Assembly (NCBI GenBank): GCA_036309425.1
Contig: JAXJTU010000097.1
Span: 124 to 64,123 of the forward strand
Source: Agathobacter sp.
Lineage (GTDB): Bacteria > Bacillota > Clostridia > Lachnospirales > Lachnospiraceae
Length of the DNA: 64,000 bases
Direction: 5' to 3'
The translations under genes and the position numbers were made by a program. Under the pieces are notes generated by a model, which was not told where the DNA came from, made no database searches, and worked only from the letters and a program-made list of their open reading frames with translations. Positions within the stretch are counted from its first letter, which is position 1; every line of letters starts with the position of its first letter. This document shows positions 9,153 to 20,173 of the stretch, piece by piece.

Positions 9153-10148
9153 ATGAAGATTAATATTTACTATGGTGGACGCGGGCTTCTTGATGATCCA
9201 ACATTATATGTAATTGGGAAAATGGAAGAAGTTCTAAAAGAGCTTAGGGTAAAAGTAGAGCGTTTCAATATTTTTGAATATAAGAATGAAATTGCTACAC
9301 TACCACAGACGATAAAAGATGCAGATGGAATAATTCTTGCAACTACAGTTGAGTGGCTGGGCATAGGTGGATACATGCAGCAGTTTCTTGACTCCTGCTG
9401 GCTTTATGGAGATAAAGAGAAAATTAGCAACACATACATGCAGCCAATAGTAATGTCAACTACATATGGAGAACGCGAAGGTGAACTTACACTAGCAAAT
9501 GCCTGGGAAATTCTCGGAGGACTTCCATGCGCAGGACTTTGCGGTTATGTTGAAGACCTTGTAACATTCCAGATGAACAGTGAGTACAATTTAATAATTG
9601 AAAAGAAGGCAGAGAATTTATATAGAACAATTTCTCAGAAAATGAAGAGCTTACCTACAAGTAATCAGGCAGTTAAGCAGAGTGTATTAAGAACCCAGCA
9701 GCTTGACCTGACTCCACAAGAAAGCGAGCAGCTGTCAAAATATGTTTCAGATGACTCATATGTGAAGAAGCAGAAAGAAGACATCGAAGAACTTGCCACA
9801 ATGTTCAGGGATATGTTAGGTGAGCAGAAAGAAAACGAAGATAAGCCTTTTATCAAAGAACTTGAGGCTCATTTTGTACCGCAGTATGATTTTAAAGCAA
9901 ATTATGCAATTGTAATAGATGGAATAAAGAAACCACTTTTGATTAAAGTAGACCAGGATGAACTAGTAATCGAATATGGAGAGGAAGAAAATATTGATGT
10001 ATATGCGAAGCTTTCGGTAGAAATAATGCAGTCAATTGTAGACGGAAGATTAACATTCCAGAGAGCTTTCATGACAGGTGAGATGACAGCAAAAGGTAAC
10101 TTTAAGACATTAAGAACTTTAGACCAGATATTCCCATTTATAAATTAG
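9153..10148 (+). CDS. Flavodoxin-like domain plus C-terminal SCP2 lipid-binding domain protein
   Basis: ADGIILAT...MQQFLD; C-terminal LTFQRAFMTGEMTAKGN is SCP2-like. Confidence 0.7.
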   Translation: MKINIYYGGRGLLDDPTLYVIGKMEEVLKELRVKVERFNIFEYKNEIATLPQTIKDADGIILATTVEWLGIGGYMQQFLDSCWLYGDKEKISNTYMQPIVMSTTYGEREGELTLANAWEILGGLPCAGLCGYVEDLVTFQMNSEYNLIIEKKAENLYRTISQKMKSLPTSNQAVKQSVLRTQQLDLTPQESEQLSKYVSDDSYVKKQKEDIEELATMFRDMLGEQKENEDKPFIKELEAHFVPQYDFKANYAIVIDGIKKPLLIKVDQDELVIEYGEEENIDVYAKLSVEIMQSIVDGRLTFQRAFMTGEMTAKGNFKTLRTLDQIFPFIN

Positions 10149-10160
10149 GAGGATTAAAAA

Positions 10161-10583
10161 ATGCGTAAAGACGATTGTATTTTCTGTAAACTTGCTAATG
10201 GAGACATTCCAACAAACTCAATCTATGAGGACGATGACTTTAATGTAATTTTAGATGCAAGCCCAGCAACAAAAGGACATGCATTAATTTTACCAAAAGA
10301 GCATTACTCAAATATCTATGAAATAGATGAGGAAGTTCTTGCCAAGACAATTAAGCTTGCCAAGAAGATAATTGTAAAAGAGACAGAAACATTAAAGTGT
10401 GATGGTTACAATATCATTCAAAATAATGGAGAAGTTGCCGGTCAGACAGTATTCCATTTCCATATGCATCTTATTCCAAGATATAAAGATGATGATAACG
10501 CAAACGTAATTGAGTGGGGTCATAAAGAATTCAGTAATGATGAATTTGAGCAGATTTGCAATGAAATGAAAATGCCACAATAA
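10161..10583 (+). CDS. HIT family nucleotide hydrolase
   Basis: DCIFCK and QTVFHFHMHLIPR histidine triad. Confidence 0.95.
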   Translation: MRKDDCIFCKLANGDIPTNSIYEDDDFNVILDASPATKGHALILPKEHYSNIYEIDEEVLAKTIKLAKKIIVKETETLKCDGYNIIQNNGEVAGQTVFHFHMHLIPRYKDDDNANVIEWGHKEFSNDEFEQICNEMKMPQ

Positions 10584-10862
10584 AATTAAAAAAAATAACA
10601 GGAAAAAATATAAGCTCAGAAGAAAGAACTCAAATAAATTAAAATAACTTCTAATTCTGAGCTTATTTGCATAAATAGGTGAAATTATCTTTCCCAAATT
10701 CCAATTTCGTTATGGCCACTCCGCAAACCACTGATAATCTTTGTCCTTAGAAAAATGATAAACCATGAAAAATGCCCCCAAAATTATCCAGTTGCACAAT
10801 AATAGTACTAGTGCTATAGTCACATTATAACAATACAAAATACTAAATAATAATGAAAAAGG

Positions 10863-12893
10863 GTGGAAAAAATGAAGGAGAAGACAACAAAATTATATTT
10901 TAATAATGGAACAGTAATAGAATGTCCAAAAGCAGGAGAGGAAATAAAATGGAATAACGAACATTGGCCACAGGAAGCAAACATAATAAAAGAAAGTACA
11001 GTAACTATAGAAGAAAAAGAAAATCATAGCCAGGTAAGAGTAAATTTTTCAACAAAGTGGATGCCATTTCATCAATGGATAACACTCCAGGAAATTGATC
11101 CAATTGAAGTAGTAATAGATATAGAAGAAACTCCAAAAAATATTCTCTCTTTTTACTATTTTAATGACTGGTGGACAAGGCCAGGCTTCATATCCGACAT
11201 GACACAGGTAAGAGATAACACCTGTATCTTATTATATGAAGGAAAAGATGGATATTCCTGTCTTCTTGCCATGCCAGGAGAAAACTTTTCAACAAGATTT
11301 GCAGCATCAGAAAAAGCAAATGAAGTAAAACTGATATTAACTGCAGATGCAGCAGGCTACACAAATGTCTTTGAACTTTCAATGATAAAGGTCACAGAGA
11401 AAGACCCATACCGCTGCATAAAAAAGTGTATGGAAGAAGCCTGCAGGCTACAAAATATTCCAACAAAAGCAGAAAGAAAATACCCAGAAATATTTGAAAA
11501 AATAGGATGGTGCAGTTGGGACGCCTTCTATCAGGATGTATCAGAAGAGGGACTAATAGCAAAATCAAAGGAAATAAAAGAAAAATCAATTCCATTTGGC
11601 TGGATGCTTATAGACGATGGATGGCTTGACACCATAAATCAATGCTTAAGAGGATACGACGCCGACAAAACAAAATTCCCGAATGGCTTAAAGGAATGTG
11701 TAAGGAAAATGAAAGAAATCAGCAATGCAGATGACATTGGAGTATGGCATGCATTTAGTGGTTACTGGGGCGGAGTAGACGCAGATTCATCATTATATGA
11801 AGAAAACAAGAATAATGTGATAAAGACAGTCCAGGGAAGAATATTGCCAAAACCAAAAGAAGACGCAGCACATGGAATTTATTCAAAATGGCATAAATAC
11901 CTGAAAAATCAGGATATAAGCTTTATAAAAGTAGATTCCCAAAGTTCACTAAGAAACCAGTACCGGGCAAATAGTCCAATAGGAAAAAGTGCCAGAGAAC
12001 TACACAAAGCCTTAGATAAATCAGCAATGGAAAACATGGATGGCAATCTGATAAACTGCATGGGAATGGCAATGGAAAATGTCTTGGCACGTCCACAATC
12101 AGCAATTTCAAGAAACAGTGACGATTTTGTACCACTTAGGGAGAATGGCTTTGAAGAGCATATGCTTCAAAATGTATATAACAGTCTATACCATAATGCA
12201 ATATATTATGGTGACTGGGATATGTTCTGGAGCAACCACGAAGATGCACAAAAACATGCATTACTTAGAGCATTAAGTGGAGGACCGGTATATGTAAGTG
12301 ATAAGGTTGGAGAAAGTGATGCAGATGTAATAAAACCGCTGTGCTACAAGGATGGAACAATATTACGGGCAAATCAGGCAGCAGTACCAACAGAAGATTG
12401 CATATTTGCAGACCCATTAAAACAAGGATACATAAAAATAAAAAACACCTGCAATAATGTAAACTATCTTGCCATCTATGCATTCGGTGATGAAGAAACC
12501 CAGGTAGAATTTAGCGTAGAGGACAGTTTTATGCAAAACCAGGACGGGCAGGATAACAAAGACATAGAAGATAAAGCAACGCAAGATACAAAAAATGAAA
12601 GATACGCAGTATATTGTCCAAAAACACAGGAGATATTTGTAACAGATGCCCAGACAAAACACAAAATAAACTTAGACAAAAAAGGATATATATGGTATCA
12701 AATCGCAAAAATTGAAAATGGTGTCGCAATTTTTGGAACAAAAGAACACTATTTATCGTCACATAATATAAAAAACTTCAAAGTAAGTGATGATAAAATC
12801 CAGGTGGAATTAAAAGAAAAGGGTACCTTAGTTCTATACGATGAAGACAAAAACAGACCTCTTTATGTTAATGGTGAGATGATATTGAGTTAA
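10863..12893 (+). CDS. Sip1/raffinose-synthase-family (GH36-type) alpha-galactosidase
   Basis: GWCSWDAFY, LIDDGW, VWHAFSGYWGG, IKVDSQ, DWDMFWS, ALSGGPVYVSD. Confidence 0.85.
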   Translation: MEKMKEKTTKLYFNNGTVIECPKAGEEIKWNNEHWPQEANIIKESTVTIEEKENHSQVRVNFSTKWMPFHQWITLQEIDPIEVVIDIEETPKNILSFYYFNDWWTRPGFISDMTQVRDNTCILLYEGKDGYSCLLAMPGENFSTRFAASEKANEVKLILTADAAGYTNVFELSMIKVTEKDPYRCIKKCMEEACRLQNIPTKAERKYPEIFEKIGWCSWDAFYQDVSEEGLIAKSKEIKEKSIPFGWMLIDDGWLDTINQCLRGYDADKTKFPNGLKECVRKMKEISNADDIGVWHAFSGYWGGVDADSSLYEENKNNVIKTVQGRILPKPKEDAAHGIYSKWHKYLKNQDISFIKVDSQSSLRNQYRANSPIGKSARELHKALDKSAMENMDGNLINCMGMAMENVLARPQSAISRNSDDFVPLRENGFEEHMLQNVYNSLYHNAIYYGDWDMFWSNHEDAQKHALLRALSGGPVYVSDKVGESDADVIKPLCYKDGTILRANQAAVPTEDCIFADPLKQGYIKIKNTCNNVNYLAIYAFGDEETQVEFSVEDSFMQNQDGQDNKDIEDKATQDTKNERYAVYCPKTQEIFVTDAQTKHKINLDKKGYIWYQIAKIENGVAIFGTKEHYLSSHNIKNFKVSDDKIQVELKEKGTLVLYDEDKNRPLYVNGEMILS

Positions 12894-13038
12894 GGTCGTT
12901 AAAATGACGAATTTGAAAAAGAGTAAATTTTCGAAAACTTTAGTAGTATATGAAGAAAATGTGAACAAAAAGTGAATATTGTTTTTGTAAAATTGCAACA
13001 AAATGTCATTTTGGCATATAAAAGTCATATGATAACGA

Positions 13039-13067
13039 TTGACATATGGTCAATTTAACGATAACAT
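13039..13067 (+). promoter_or_regulatory. SigA-type promoter of the sugar ABC operon
   Basis: TTGACA-17 bp-TAACAT; the -35 box lies in the dyad ATTGAC-N5-GTCAAT. Confidence 0.5.
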
Positions 13068-13105
13068 AGTCTCATCAAATAAAGATGTACATAGGGAGGT
13101 ACAAT

Positions 13106-14605
13106 ATGAAAAAGAAACTTATTTCAAGTATTCTTGTTGCTGCTATGGTAGCAGGAACAGTAGTTGGATGTGGCGGATCAGGAGATTCAACACAGAAAGG
13201 TGGAAAGGGATCTGATGATTACGATTTCTACATCTTCAACACAAAGGGTGAGAACGCAGACGCTATGCAGGCTTGTGTAGATGCATACGAAGAGGAGACA
13301 GGACTTACAGTTAAGTTATTCTCTTTAGGATCTGGTACAGATTCATCAGAAATGTTAAGAACAGAGCTTGCATCTAAGAATGCACCAACAATCTTCTGCT
13401 GTATGAACCCAGTAGCATTAGTTGAGTTCACAGAGGGTGGATATGCAATGGATCTTGCAGATGCTGAGAACGCTAACTTCAAGAAGTTAGTAGAAGAAAT
13501 CCCAGAGAACCTTAAGCTTTCAGATGCTAACGGATCTTACGGAATCCCATTCAACATCGAGGGATACGGATATATCGTAGATAAGGAAATGCTTGCAGCA
13601 ATCTACGGTGCAGACAATGTAGATGCTTGGATTGAAGCATACAAGACAGCTACATACGATGAGTTCGAGGCTATGGTAGAAGCTACAACAGCTTACATCA
13701 AGGACGGCACAACAGCTAGTGTAACACTTAGTGGACAGAGCTTTGAGATGGTTGCTAAGGACGGATTAGCAAATGGTCTTGAGGGAGTATTCTCAATGGC
13801 TGGATCTCAGCCATGGACATACGGAGATCACTTAATCAACGTATTTATCGATGCAGCATTCAAGGATGCAGCAGCAGTTTCAGAAGCTACAGCTGATCAG
13901 CTTGATGCAGCAGAGAAGATTTTCGAGGCATATGCACAGGTTATCGATCTTAAGTCTTCTAACGCAGTAATCCCAAGAGGAGCAGATGCAATTGGAGATA
14001 CAACAGGTGGATATGATGCATCAGTACAGAACTTCTCAGATGGTAAGGCTCTCTTCTTAAAGCAGGGTAACTGGGCATACACAAACATCAAAGACTTACA
14101 TACAGCAGGAACAGGAAATGATAATATCGCAGATACAATCACATTCCTTCCAATTAAGACACCACTTAAGGATTCTGATATCCAGTCAGGACTTACAGCT
14201 GATTACATGAACCAGTCAATCTCAGTATTCGTACCTAACTACTATGTATTAAACAAGAAGTGTGACAAATATCAGTTAGATAAGGCTGAGGAATTCTTAT
14301 ACTGGCTCAACACATCTGAGACAGGACAGAAGTTCGTAATCGAAGACATGGCATTCGTACCATACAATGCTGATCCAGCAACAACATCTGCAGGATATAG
14401 CCTTGGCGATTCTCTTATCGAGTACGTAGCAGCTGGAAACACAATTACAAACGCATACGCTGGATGCCCACAGCAGTGGACAGGTGATGTAGTTGGTAAG
14501 TACATCCTTGAGAACTACCTCAACAAAGAGGAGTGGGATGCAAACGCTTACGAAGATATCGCTAAGTATGTAATTTCTTCATGGAAAGAGAAGAAGGGAC
14601 TTTAA
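13106..14605 (+). CDS. Sugar ABC transporter solute-binding lipoprotein
   Basis: Lipobox VVGC, RBS GGGAGG, YGIPFNIEGYG, QGNWAY; strongly biased codon usage. Confidence 0.9.
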   Translation: MKKKLISSILVAAMVAGTVVGCGGSGDSTQKGGKGSDDYDFYIFNTKGENADAMQACVDAYEEETGLTVKLFSLGSGTDSSEMLRTELASKNAPTIFCCMNPVALVEFTEGGYAMDLADAENANFKKLVEEIPENLKLSDANGSYGIPFNIEGYGYIVDKEMLAAIYGADNVDAWIEAYKTATYDEFEAMVEATTAYIKDGTTASVTLSGQSFEMVAKDGLANGLEGVFSMAGSQPWTYGDHLINVFIDAAFKDAAAVSEATADQLDAAEKIFEAYAQVIDLKSSNAVIPRGADAIGDTTGGYDASVQNFSDGKALFLKQGNWAYTNIKDLHTAGTGNDNIADTITFLPIKTPLKDSDIQSGLTADYMNQSISVFVPNYYVLNKKCDKYQLDKAEEFLYWLNTSETGQKFVIEDMAFVPYNADPATTSAGYSLGDSLIEYVAAGNTITNAYAGCPQQWTGDVVGKYILENYLNKEEWDANAYEDIAKYVISSWKEKKGL

Positions 14606-14641
14606 GATTTAGTCATATTTGACATGAAATAATGATTGAAT

Positions 14642-14670
14642 ATAGTGCCACATTTAAAATGTGGCACTAT
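14642..14670 (+). promoter_or_regulatory. Intercistronic stem-loop after the solute-binding protein gene
   Basis: ATAGTGCCACATTT-A-AAATGTGGCACTAT, a perfect 14-bp stem. Confidence 0.6.
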
Positions 14671-14698
14671 TTCATCTAAACAATATAAGGAGGCTACC

Positions 14699-15595
14699 GT
14701 GGATAAGTATTATAAAAAACGCTTTTGGCCACTCGTTGCGCCTGCAGTATTATTATTCATATTTGTAATTTTTGTACCATTTTTATTGGGTGTTACATAT
14801 TCATTTACTGCATGGAGAGGCACATATTTTGCCGGTGCAGATCATTTTTGGCAGGCATTTGTAGGATTTGATAACTATGTGGCTGCATTTAAAACTAAAA
14901 ACTTCATCAACGCTTTTATCTATACAGTTAAATTTACAGTAGTAGCTGTAATTGTAATTAATGTTGTGTCACTTGCTATGGCACTTTTAGCAAACGCTAT
15001 CCCACGTGGAAGTGGAATTTTCAGAACAGTTTATTTCTTACCAAATCTTCTTGGTGGACTTGCACTTGGATATATTTGGGCATTTATTTTCGAAATCATT
15101 TTTTCTAAGATTCTCTTCGGAGAAACTGGATTTTTATCAATTCCTGCGTTATGTAACATGACACAGGATAATACAAAGGCACTTTTCGCCTTAACAATGT
15201 TAGTAACATGGCAGATGGCTGGATACATGATGATTATCTATACATCTGGTCTTAACAATATTCCAACAGAGCTTATGGAAGCAGCTTCAATCGATGGAGC
15301 AACAAAGATTCAGAAGTTCTTCCGCATTACAGTACCAATGTTAATGCCATCATTTACAGTAGTATTCTTTATGACACTTGCTAACTGCTTCAAGTTACAG
15401 GATCAGAATATCGCCTTAACAGATGGTAAGTTTGATACAAGAATGCTTGCTCTTCAGATTTTAAGAACAGTAAAAGAGACAGTACCACCAGATTACGGTT
15501 TAGCACAGGCTGAAGCAGTTATCTTCTTCATCCTTATCGCTTGCGTAACTCTTGTACAGGTTAGCATCACAAAGAAGAAGGAGGTGGAGATGTAA
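14699..15595 (+). CDS. Carbohydrate ABC permease (MsmF-like)
   Basis: EAASIDGA loop; GTG start after AAGGAGG. Confidence 0.9.
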   Translation: MDKYYKKRFWPLVAPAVLLFIFVIFVPFLLGVTYSFTAWRGTYFAGADHFWQAFVGFDNYVAAFKTKNFINAFIYTVKFTVVAVIVINVVSLAMALLANAIPRGSGIFRTVYFLPNLLGGLALGYIWAFIFEIIFSKILFGETGFLSIPALCNMTQDNTKALFALTMLVTWQMAGYMMIIYTSGLNNIPTELMEAASIDGATKIQKFFRITVPMLMPSFTVVFFMTLANCFKLQDQNIALTDGKFDTRMLALQILRTVKETVPPDYGLAQAEAVIFFILIACVTLVQVSITKKKEVEM

Positions 15596-16437
15596 TGTCA
15601 ATGCATGCAAGACACAAACTCGGAGAGGTTATAGTATGGATCGTGCTTATTCTCCTTGCAATTTACACAATAGCTCCACTGTTATTCTTACTTGTTAACT
15701 CATTTAAGTCTAACTCAGAAATAGTAGGAAACCCAGTTGCTTTACCAAGTAAGTGGACATTAGAGTATATTTTAAACGCAGTAAAAGAAATTAACTTTGG
15801 AACATCAATTGTTATCACATTCTTAATTACATTTATCTCAGTTGCACTTATTGTAGTAACATCTTCACTTTGTGCATGGGCAATGATTCGTGTTAAGAGT
15901 AAAGCATCAACATTAATATTTTATGCTTTCACAGCATCAATGTTAATTCCTTTCCAGTCAGTTATGTATCCTCTTATTTCAGAGTTCGATACATTTAACT
16001 TAAAGAATATTCCTGGACTTATCCTCATGTATGGAGGATTCGGACTTAGTATGTCAATCTTCTTATATCATGGATTTATGAAGAGTGTACCAAAGTCATT
16101 GGAAGAAGCTGCCGTACTTGATGGAGCAAGAACATTCCAGATGTTCTTCCAGGTAGTATTCCCACTTGTAAAGGGAACAACAGTAACAGTTATCGTACTT
16201 AACGCAATGTGGATTTGGAACGATTACCTCCTTCCATTCCTTGTAATTGGAAATAGTGATGGAGTTAAGACATTAACACTTGAGCTTTATTTTGCAAAGC
16301 TTACATCTGGTCAGTACGGAAATCCATGGCAGTTAATATTCCCTGCTGTATTTGTTACAATCATTCCAATCATCATCCTTTACATCTTCTTACAGAAGTA
16401 TATTATCAAGGGTGTTGCTGACGGAGCTGTTAAATAA
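15595..16437 (+). CDS. Carbohydrate ABC permease (MsmG-like)
   Basis: EEAAVLDGA, WNDYLLP. Confidence 0.9.
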   Translation: MSMHARHKLGEVIVWIVLILLAIYTIAPLLFLLVNSFKSNSEIVGNPVALPSKWTLEYILNAVKEINFGTSIVITFLITFISVALIVVTSSLCAWAMIRVKSKASTLIFYAFTASMLIPFQSVMYPLISEFDTFNLKNIPGLILMYGGFGLSMSIFLYHGFMKSVPKSLEEAAVLDGARTFQMFFQVVFPLVKGTTVTVIVLNAMWIWNDYLLPFLVIGNSDGVKTLTLELYFAKLTSGQYGNPWQLIFPAVFVTIIPIIILYIFLQKYIIKGVADGAVK

Positions 16438-16462
16438 TAAGGTAAAAAAATATTTTTATATC

Positions 16463-16496
16463 AATATGCGAAGGGTATTTATCCTTCGCATATTTT
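16463..16496 (+). terminator. Intrinsic terminator-like hairpin
   Basis: AATATGCGAAGG...CCTTCGCATATTTT. Confidence 0.6.
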
Positions 16497-16534
16497 ATCT
16501 CTAGTTGGAGAATTTTTGAAATGGAGGGTTAAAA

Positions 16535-18229
16535 ATGAGCAAATATTGGTGGCAATCAACAAATATCTACCAGATTTATCCGAGGAGTTTTCAGGACGGT
16601 AATGGAGATGGAATGGGTGATTTAAAGGGAATAATCACCAGGTTAGATTATCTAAAGGATTTGGGTGTTGAGGTTATATGGTTAAGTCCAATCAATAAAT
16701 CCCCAATGTGTGATAATGGATACGATATATCAGATTATTACACGATTGATCCAATTTTTGGAACAAATGAAGATATGGATGAGCTTTTAGCAGAGGCAAA
16801 AAAGCGAGATATAAAGATAATCATGGATTTGGTTGTTAATCATTGCTCGATAGAACATGAATGGTTTCAAAAAGCAAAGGCTGATCCAGAAGGTGAGTAT
16901 GGACAATATTTCTATATTAGAAAGGGTGTAGATGGAAAGGCACCAAATAACTGGAGATCAATTTTCAGAGGCCCGGCATGGGATAAAATTGAAGGAACAG
17001 ATTATTATTATTTACACCTGTTTGATCCGGGACAGCCTGATTTGAATTGGGAAAATCCTAAGCTTAGAGCCGAAATCTACGATATGATTAATTATTGGTT
17101 AGATAAAGGTGTAGCCGGATTCAGACTAGATGCAATTACTTATATAAAGAAGGAAGAGGGACTTCCATCATATCCAGCAGATTCCGAAGATGGAATGGTA
17201 TCAGTATCTCACGGAAGTCTTTGCAGACCAGGAATTGACGACTTCCTTCACGAGATGAAAGAAAAAACATACGGAAATGAATGCCTTACAGCAGGAGAGA
17301 CAGCAGGTGTACCTGATGAGAGATTATTTGATTTCATAGGGATTGAAGATGGACATTTTTCAATGATATTTGACTTTGATCCACTAATTCTTGATACACA
17401 TTATGAGGGTTCAAATGGATTCTTCTGTCAGGCAAGAAAATGGGAGGTAGAAGAATTAAAGGAGAAGCTTTTCCATACACAGATGCAGATTCAACCAGAG
17501 GGATGGATTGTAAATGTATTAGAAAATCATGATTCTCCAAGAATAATTGATCATCTCCTTCCAGAAGATGGACAAAATTTCTACGGAGCATCAATGCTTG
17601 CAGTGATGAGCATGTGCAGAAGAGGAACTCCAGTTATATATCAGGGACAGGAATTTGGAATGAGAAACTTCCCATTCGAGTCAATTGATATGTACGATGA
17701 TGTATCAAGTAAGGGAGAGTATGATATTGCTTTAGAGCACGGCTTTAGCAAGGAAGAGGCACTAAAATGTGTTCAGAGAAGAAGCAGGGATAATGCTCGT
17801 TATCCGGTATCATGGGATGCATCAGAAAACGCAGGATTTACTACAGGAAAACCTTGGCTTCCAGTAGCACCGGAGCATACAACAGTAAATGCAGCGGCTG
17901 CACTTGCCGATCCTGATTCATTATATTATGTATACAAGAAGCTCTTAGCCATGAGAAAAGATGATGAGATAGGCCAAGTGATGGTATTTGGAAAATTCAA
18001 TCCATACAAGCCAGAGCAGAAGAACTTAGTTGCATACACAAGATTTATGGATGAAGAGTTTGAAGCTGGAAGTCTTCTTATATTATGTAACTATCAGGGC
18101 CAGGCACAGACAGTTGAAATTCCTGCATCAAATTATGATGTAGTATATGGTAACTATAAAGATAAGGCTATAAATGGAAAGTCAGTAGAATTAAATCCTT
18201 ATGAGGCAGTTATCCTTAAAATAAAGTAA
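16535..18229 (+). CDS. GH13 oligo-1,6-glucosidase/alpha-glucosidase
   Basis: YQIYPRSF, DNGYDISDY, DLVVNH, QPDLNWEN, GFRLDAI, ENHD, SRDNAR. Confidence 0.92.
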   Translation: MSKYWWQSTNIYQIYPRSFQDGNGDGMGDLKGIITRLDYLKDLGVEVIWLSPINKSPMCDNGYDISDYYTIDPIFGTNEDMDELLAEAKKRDIKIIMDLVVNHCSIEHEWFQKAKADPEGEYGQYFYIRKGVDGKAPNNWRSIFRGPAWDKIEGTDYYYLHLFDPGQPDLNWENPKLRAEIYDMINYWLDKGVAGFRLDAITYIKKEEGLPSYPADSEDGMVSVSHGSLCRPGIDDFLHEMKEKTYGNECLTAGETAGVPDERLFDFIGIEDGHFSMIFDFDPLILDTHYEGSNGFFCQARKWEVEELKEKLFHTQMQIQPEGWIVNVLENHDSPRIIDHLLPEDGQNFYGASMLAVMSMCRRGTPVIYQGQEFGMRNFPFESIDMYDDVSSKGEYDIALEHGFSKEEALKCVQRRSRDNARYPVSWDASENAGFTTGKPWLPVAPEHTTVNAAAALADPDSLYYVYKKLLAMRKDDEIGQVMVFGKFNPYKPEQKNLVAYTRFMDEEFEAGSLLILCNYQGQAQTVEIPASNYDVVYGNYKDKAINGKSVELNPYEAVILKIK

Positions 18230-18242
18230 AAAAATAAATAAG

Positions 18243-18272
18243 AAAAGAGTGGACATAAAAATCCGCTCTTTT
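18243..18272. terminator. Bidirectional terminator between convergent genes
   Basis: AAAAGAGTGGA...TCCGCTCTTTT. Confidence 0.65.
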
Positions 18273-18273
18273 C

Positions 18274-20058
18274 CTAGTAATCATTTAGATATTTTTTTAC
18301 AATGTCAAATGGTGCAGGACCAATTCGCAATATCTTTTCATGGAAAAGCTTTAAGTCAAAATTCTCTTTCTGCAAATCAATAGCTTCTTTTTTCAGTTCA
18401 TCAAATTCAAGATATCCAACATAGTATTTAAGATAGTTCCCCGGGTCAGCGACAACTAGCGTCATAATGTCCTTAAGAGCTTGCTCATCTGTCACCCCAT
18501 ACTGACTCCAGAAATTCTTAAGCTCAGCCATATCCCAACCATAATAATTAACACCAATATCAGACGAAGCATACAAACTGAGTGTAGCAATCTGGTTATT
18601 CATAAGAAGCTTGGAAACATCATCATCGAGACCCGCATAGTTATAAGACAACAGTTCAACATAAGTTGCCCAGCCTTCAACATATCCACCAAAATCAAGG
18701 GTGCATCTGTATGGTTTTATCCCATAATCATACGATTTGGCAGTTTGATAAAGATGACCGGGAATGCTTTCGTGAGCAAGCGTTGTAAAAAAATGAATGC
18801 TGTCATAATTACTTGCACTGTTTATATAAACAGTATTGTCCTTATAATCATCAATCGGAGCAGTAATGTAAAAAGCTGGTGCCATACTTTCCGACAAATA
18901 TGGGTCAACATTATCAATTGAACATGTAATATCCGGAATGGCAGGAAAGTCTTTTTCTATACAATTCTTTAAGGCCTCAAGCATTTCAGATTTATTATCA
19001 CCATATGGCAGTTCAACTTTATCCGCTTTTTTCATAAGCTCATTGTCATTTAGGAGCAGCTTTCGGCAATTAGAAAGAGCACTAATTCTGCTATCGCTAA
19101 TGCGTTTGTCAATATTATCAATAGAATCTGAGCAGCCGGTAGAGGCATAAACCAGGAGTTCATAGTATTTGCTGCCCTTTGGAAGGTGGCACAAACCAAA
19201 AGAAGCCTGTGTTGAATCCGAAGAGGAAGAATCCTTGTATATAGAATTAGAAATTTCTGAAAGAGAATCAGCAAGTTTTGAATAAGCAGGAATAACATGC
19301 TCAGAAATAATTGCACGATTTTCCTTAATATATGTTTTCATCTGTTCCTTATCAAGTTCCAGACTGCCATTTGCTATACCTTCAATAAGCTTGTTGTCAA
19401 AAGAATCAATAAGCAGTATGGTAAGTCCATCAGAGGCATAATCCCTGCATTGTCCAACAACTTTTTCACAAACAAAATTCGGCATAAAAAGCCCATTGTC
19501 CGCCTTATCAGATTCAAATTCAATCAAACCGTCAAAATAAGCTTCCATTTGTGTCAGTAAAGAAAGGTATTCCTCTACATCAGAAGTCTTACGAAATTTA
19601 TATTCACAAAAAAGCATAGGAAGCTCTGACTGAAGCCCATTAGACGGCGAAAGCGGTTCATAGTAAAGATCAAAATCACAAAGCGCAATGCGGGTGTCTA
19701 ACCAGTTATCAAGAATATCATAATCAAGCTGGTCAGCTTTAGAAAGCCTGGAATAGTCAAAGGAATGAAGCTGTTTTTGTCTGTTTTTCAAAAGAGTTTT
19801 GGATTGAGACCTTGCATTACGGGACAAGTCACCAAGGCAGGGAATGTCCACAGAAATTCCATATGCATCAGGATTTGTAACCATGTAATGACAATCGAGC
19901 CCATTTTGCGACATATCTTCCACAAAGATATCATTGAGAAATTTATTAAAATTATTGCTATCCTGTGTATTCTCGCAGGAAAGATTGCTACCGCATCCCG
20001 TAATCAGCACCAGTGTAATTACAAAAGCGATAATTTTAAAACGTCTAAAAACCTTCAT
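18274..20058 (-). CDS. DUF885-family lipoprotein (zincin-like)
   Basis: Lipobox ITGC; HESIPGHLYQ, EGWATYVE, PGNYLKYYVG, FHEKILRIGPAP. Confidence 0.85.
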   Translation of the reverse strand: MKVFRRFKIIAFVITLVLITGCGSNLSCENTQDSNNFNKFLNDIFVEDMSQNGLDCHYMVTNPDAYGISVDIPCLGDLSRNARSQSKTLLKNRQKQLHSFDYSRLSKADQLDYDILDNWLDTRIALCDFDLYYEPLSPSNGLQSELPMLFCEYKFRKTSDVEEYLSLLTQMEAYFDGLIEFESDKADNGLFMPNFVCEKVVGQCRDYASDGLTILLIDSFDNKLIEGIANGSLELDKEQMKTYIKENRAIISEHVIPAYSKLADSLSEISNSIYKDSSSSDSTQASFGLCHLPKGSKYYELLVYASTGCSDSIDNIDKRISDSRISALSNCRKLLLNDNELMKKADKVELPYGDNKSEMLEALKNCIEKDFPAIPDITCSIDNVDPYLSESMAPAFYITAPIDDYKDNTVYINSASNYDSIHFFTTLAHESIPGHLYQTAKSYDYGIKPYRCTLDFGGYVEGWATYVELLSYNYAGLDDDVSKLLMNNQIATLSLYASSDIGVNYYGWDMAELKNFWSQYGVTDEQALKDIMTLVVADPGNYLKYYVGYLEFDELKKEAIDLQKENFDLKLFHEKILRIGPAPFDIVKKYLNDY

Positions 20059-20173
20059 AATGACCTCACGTAGGAAATATAGTAATAGGGTATGAAGTTA
20101 CTGTAAAATTTAGAACAAATATGCTAAACTTATTAAAAAAGCTTGTGAATTGTTAAAGGAGGAAGGTAAAGAG

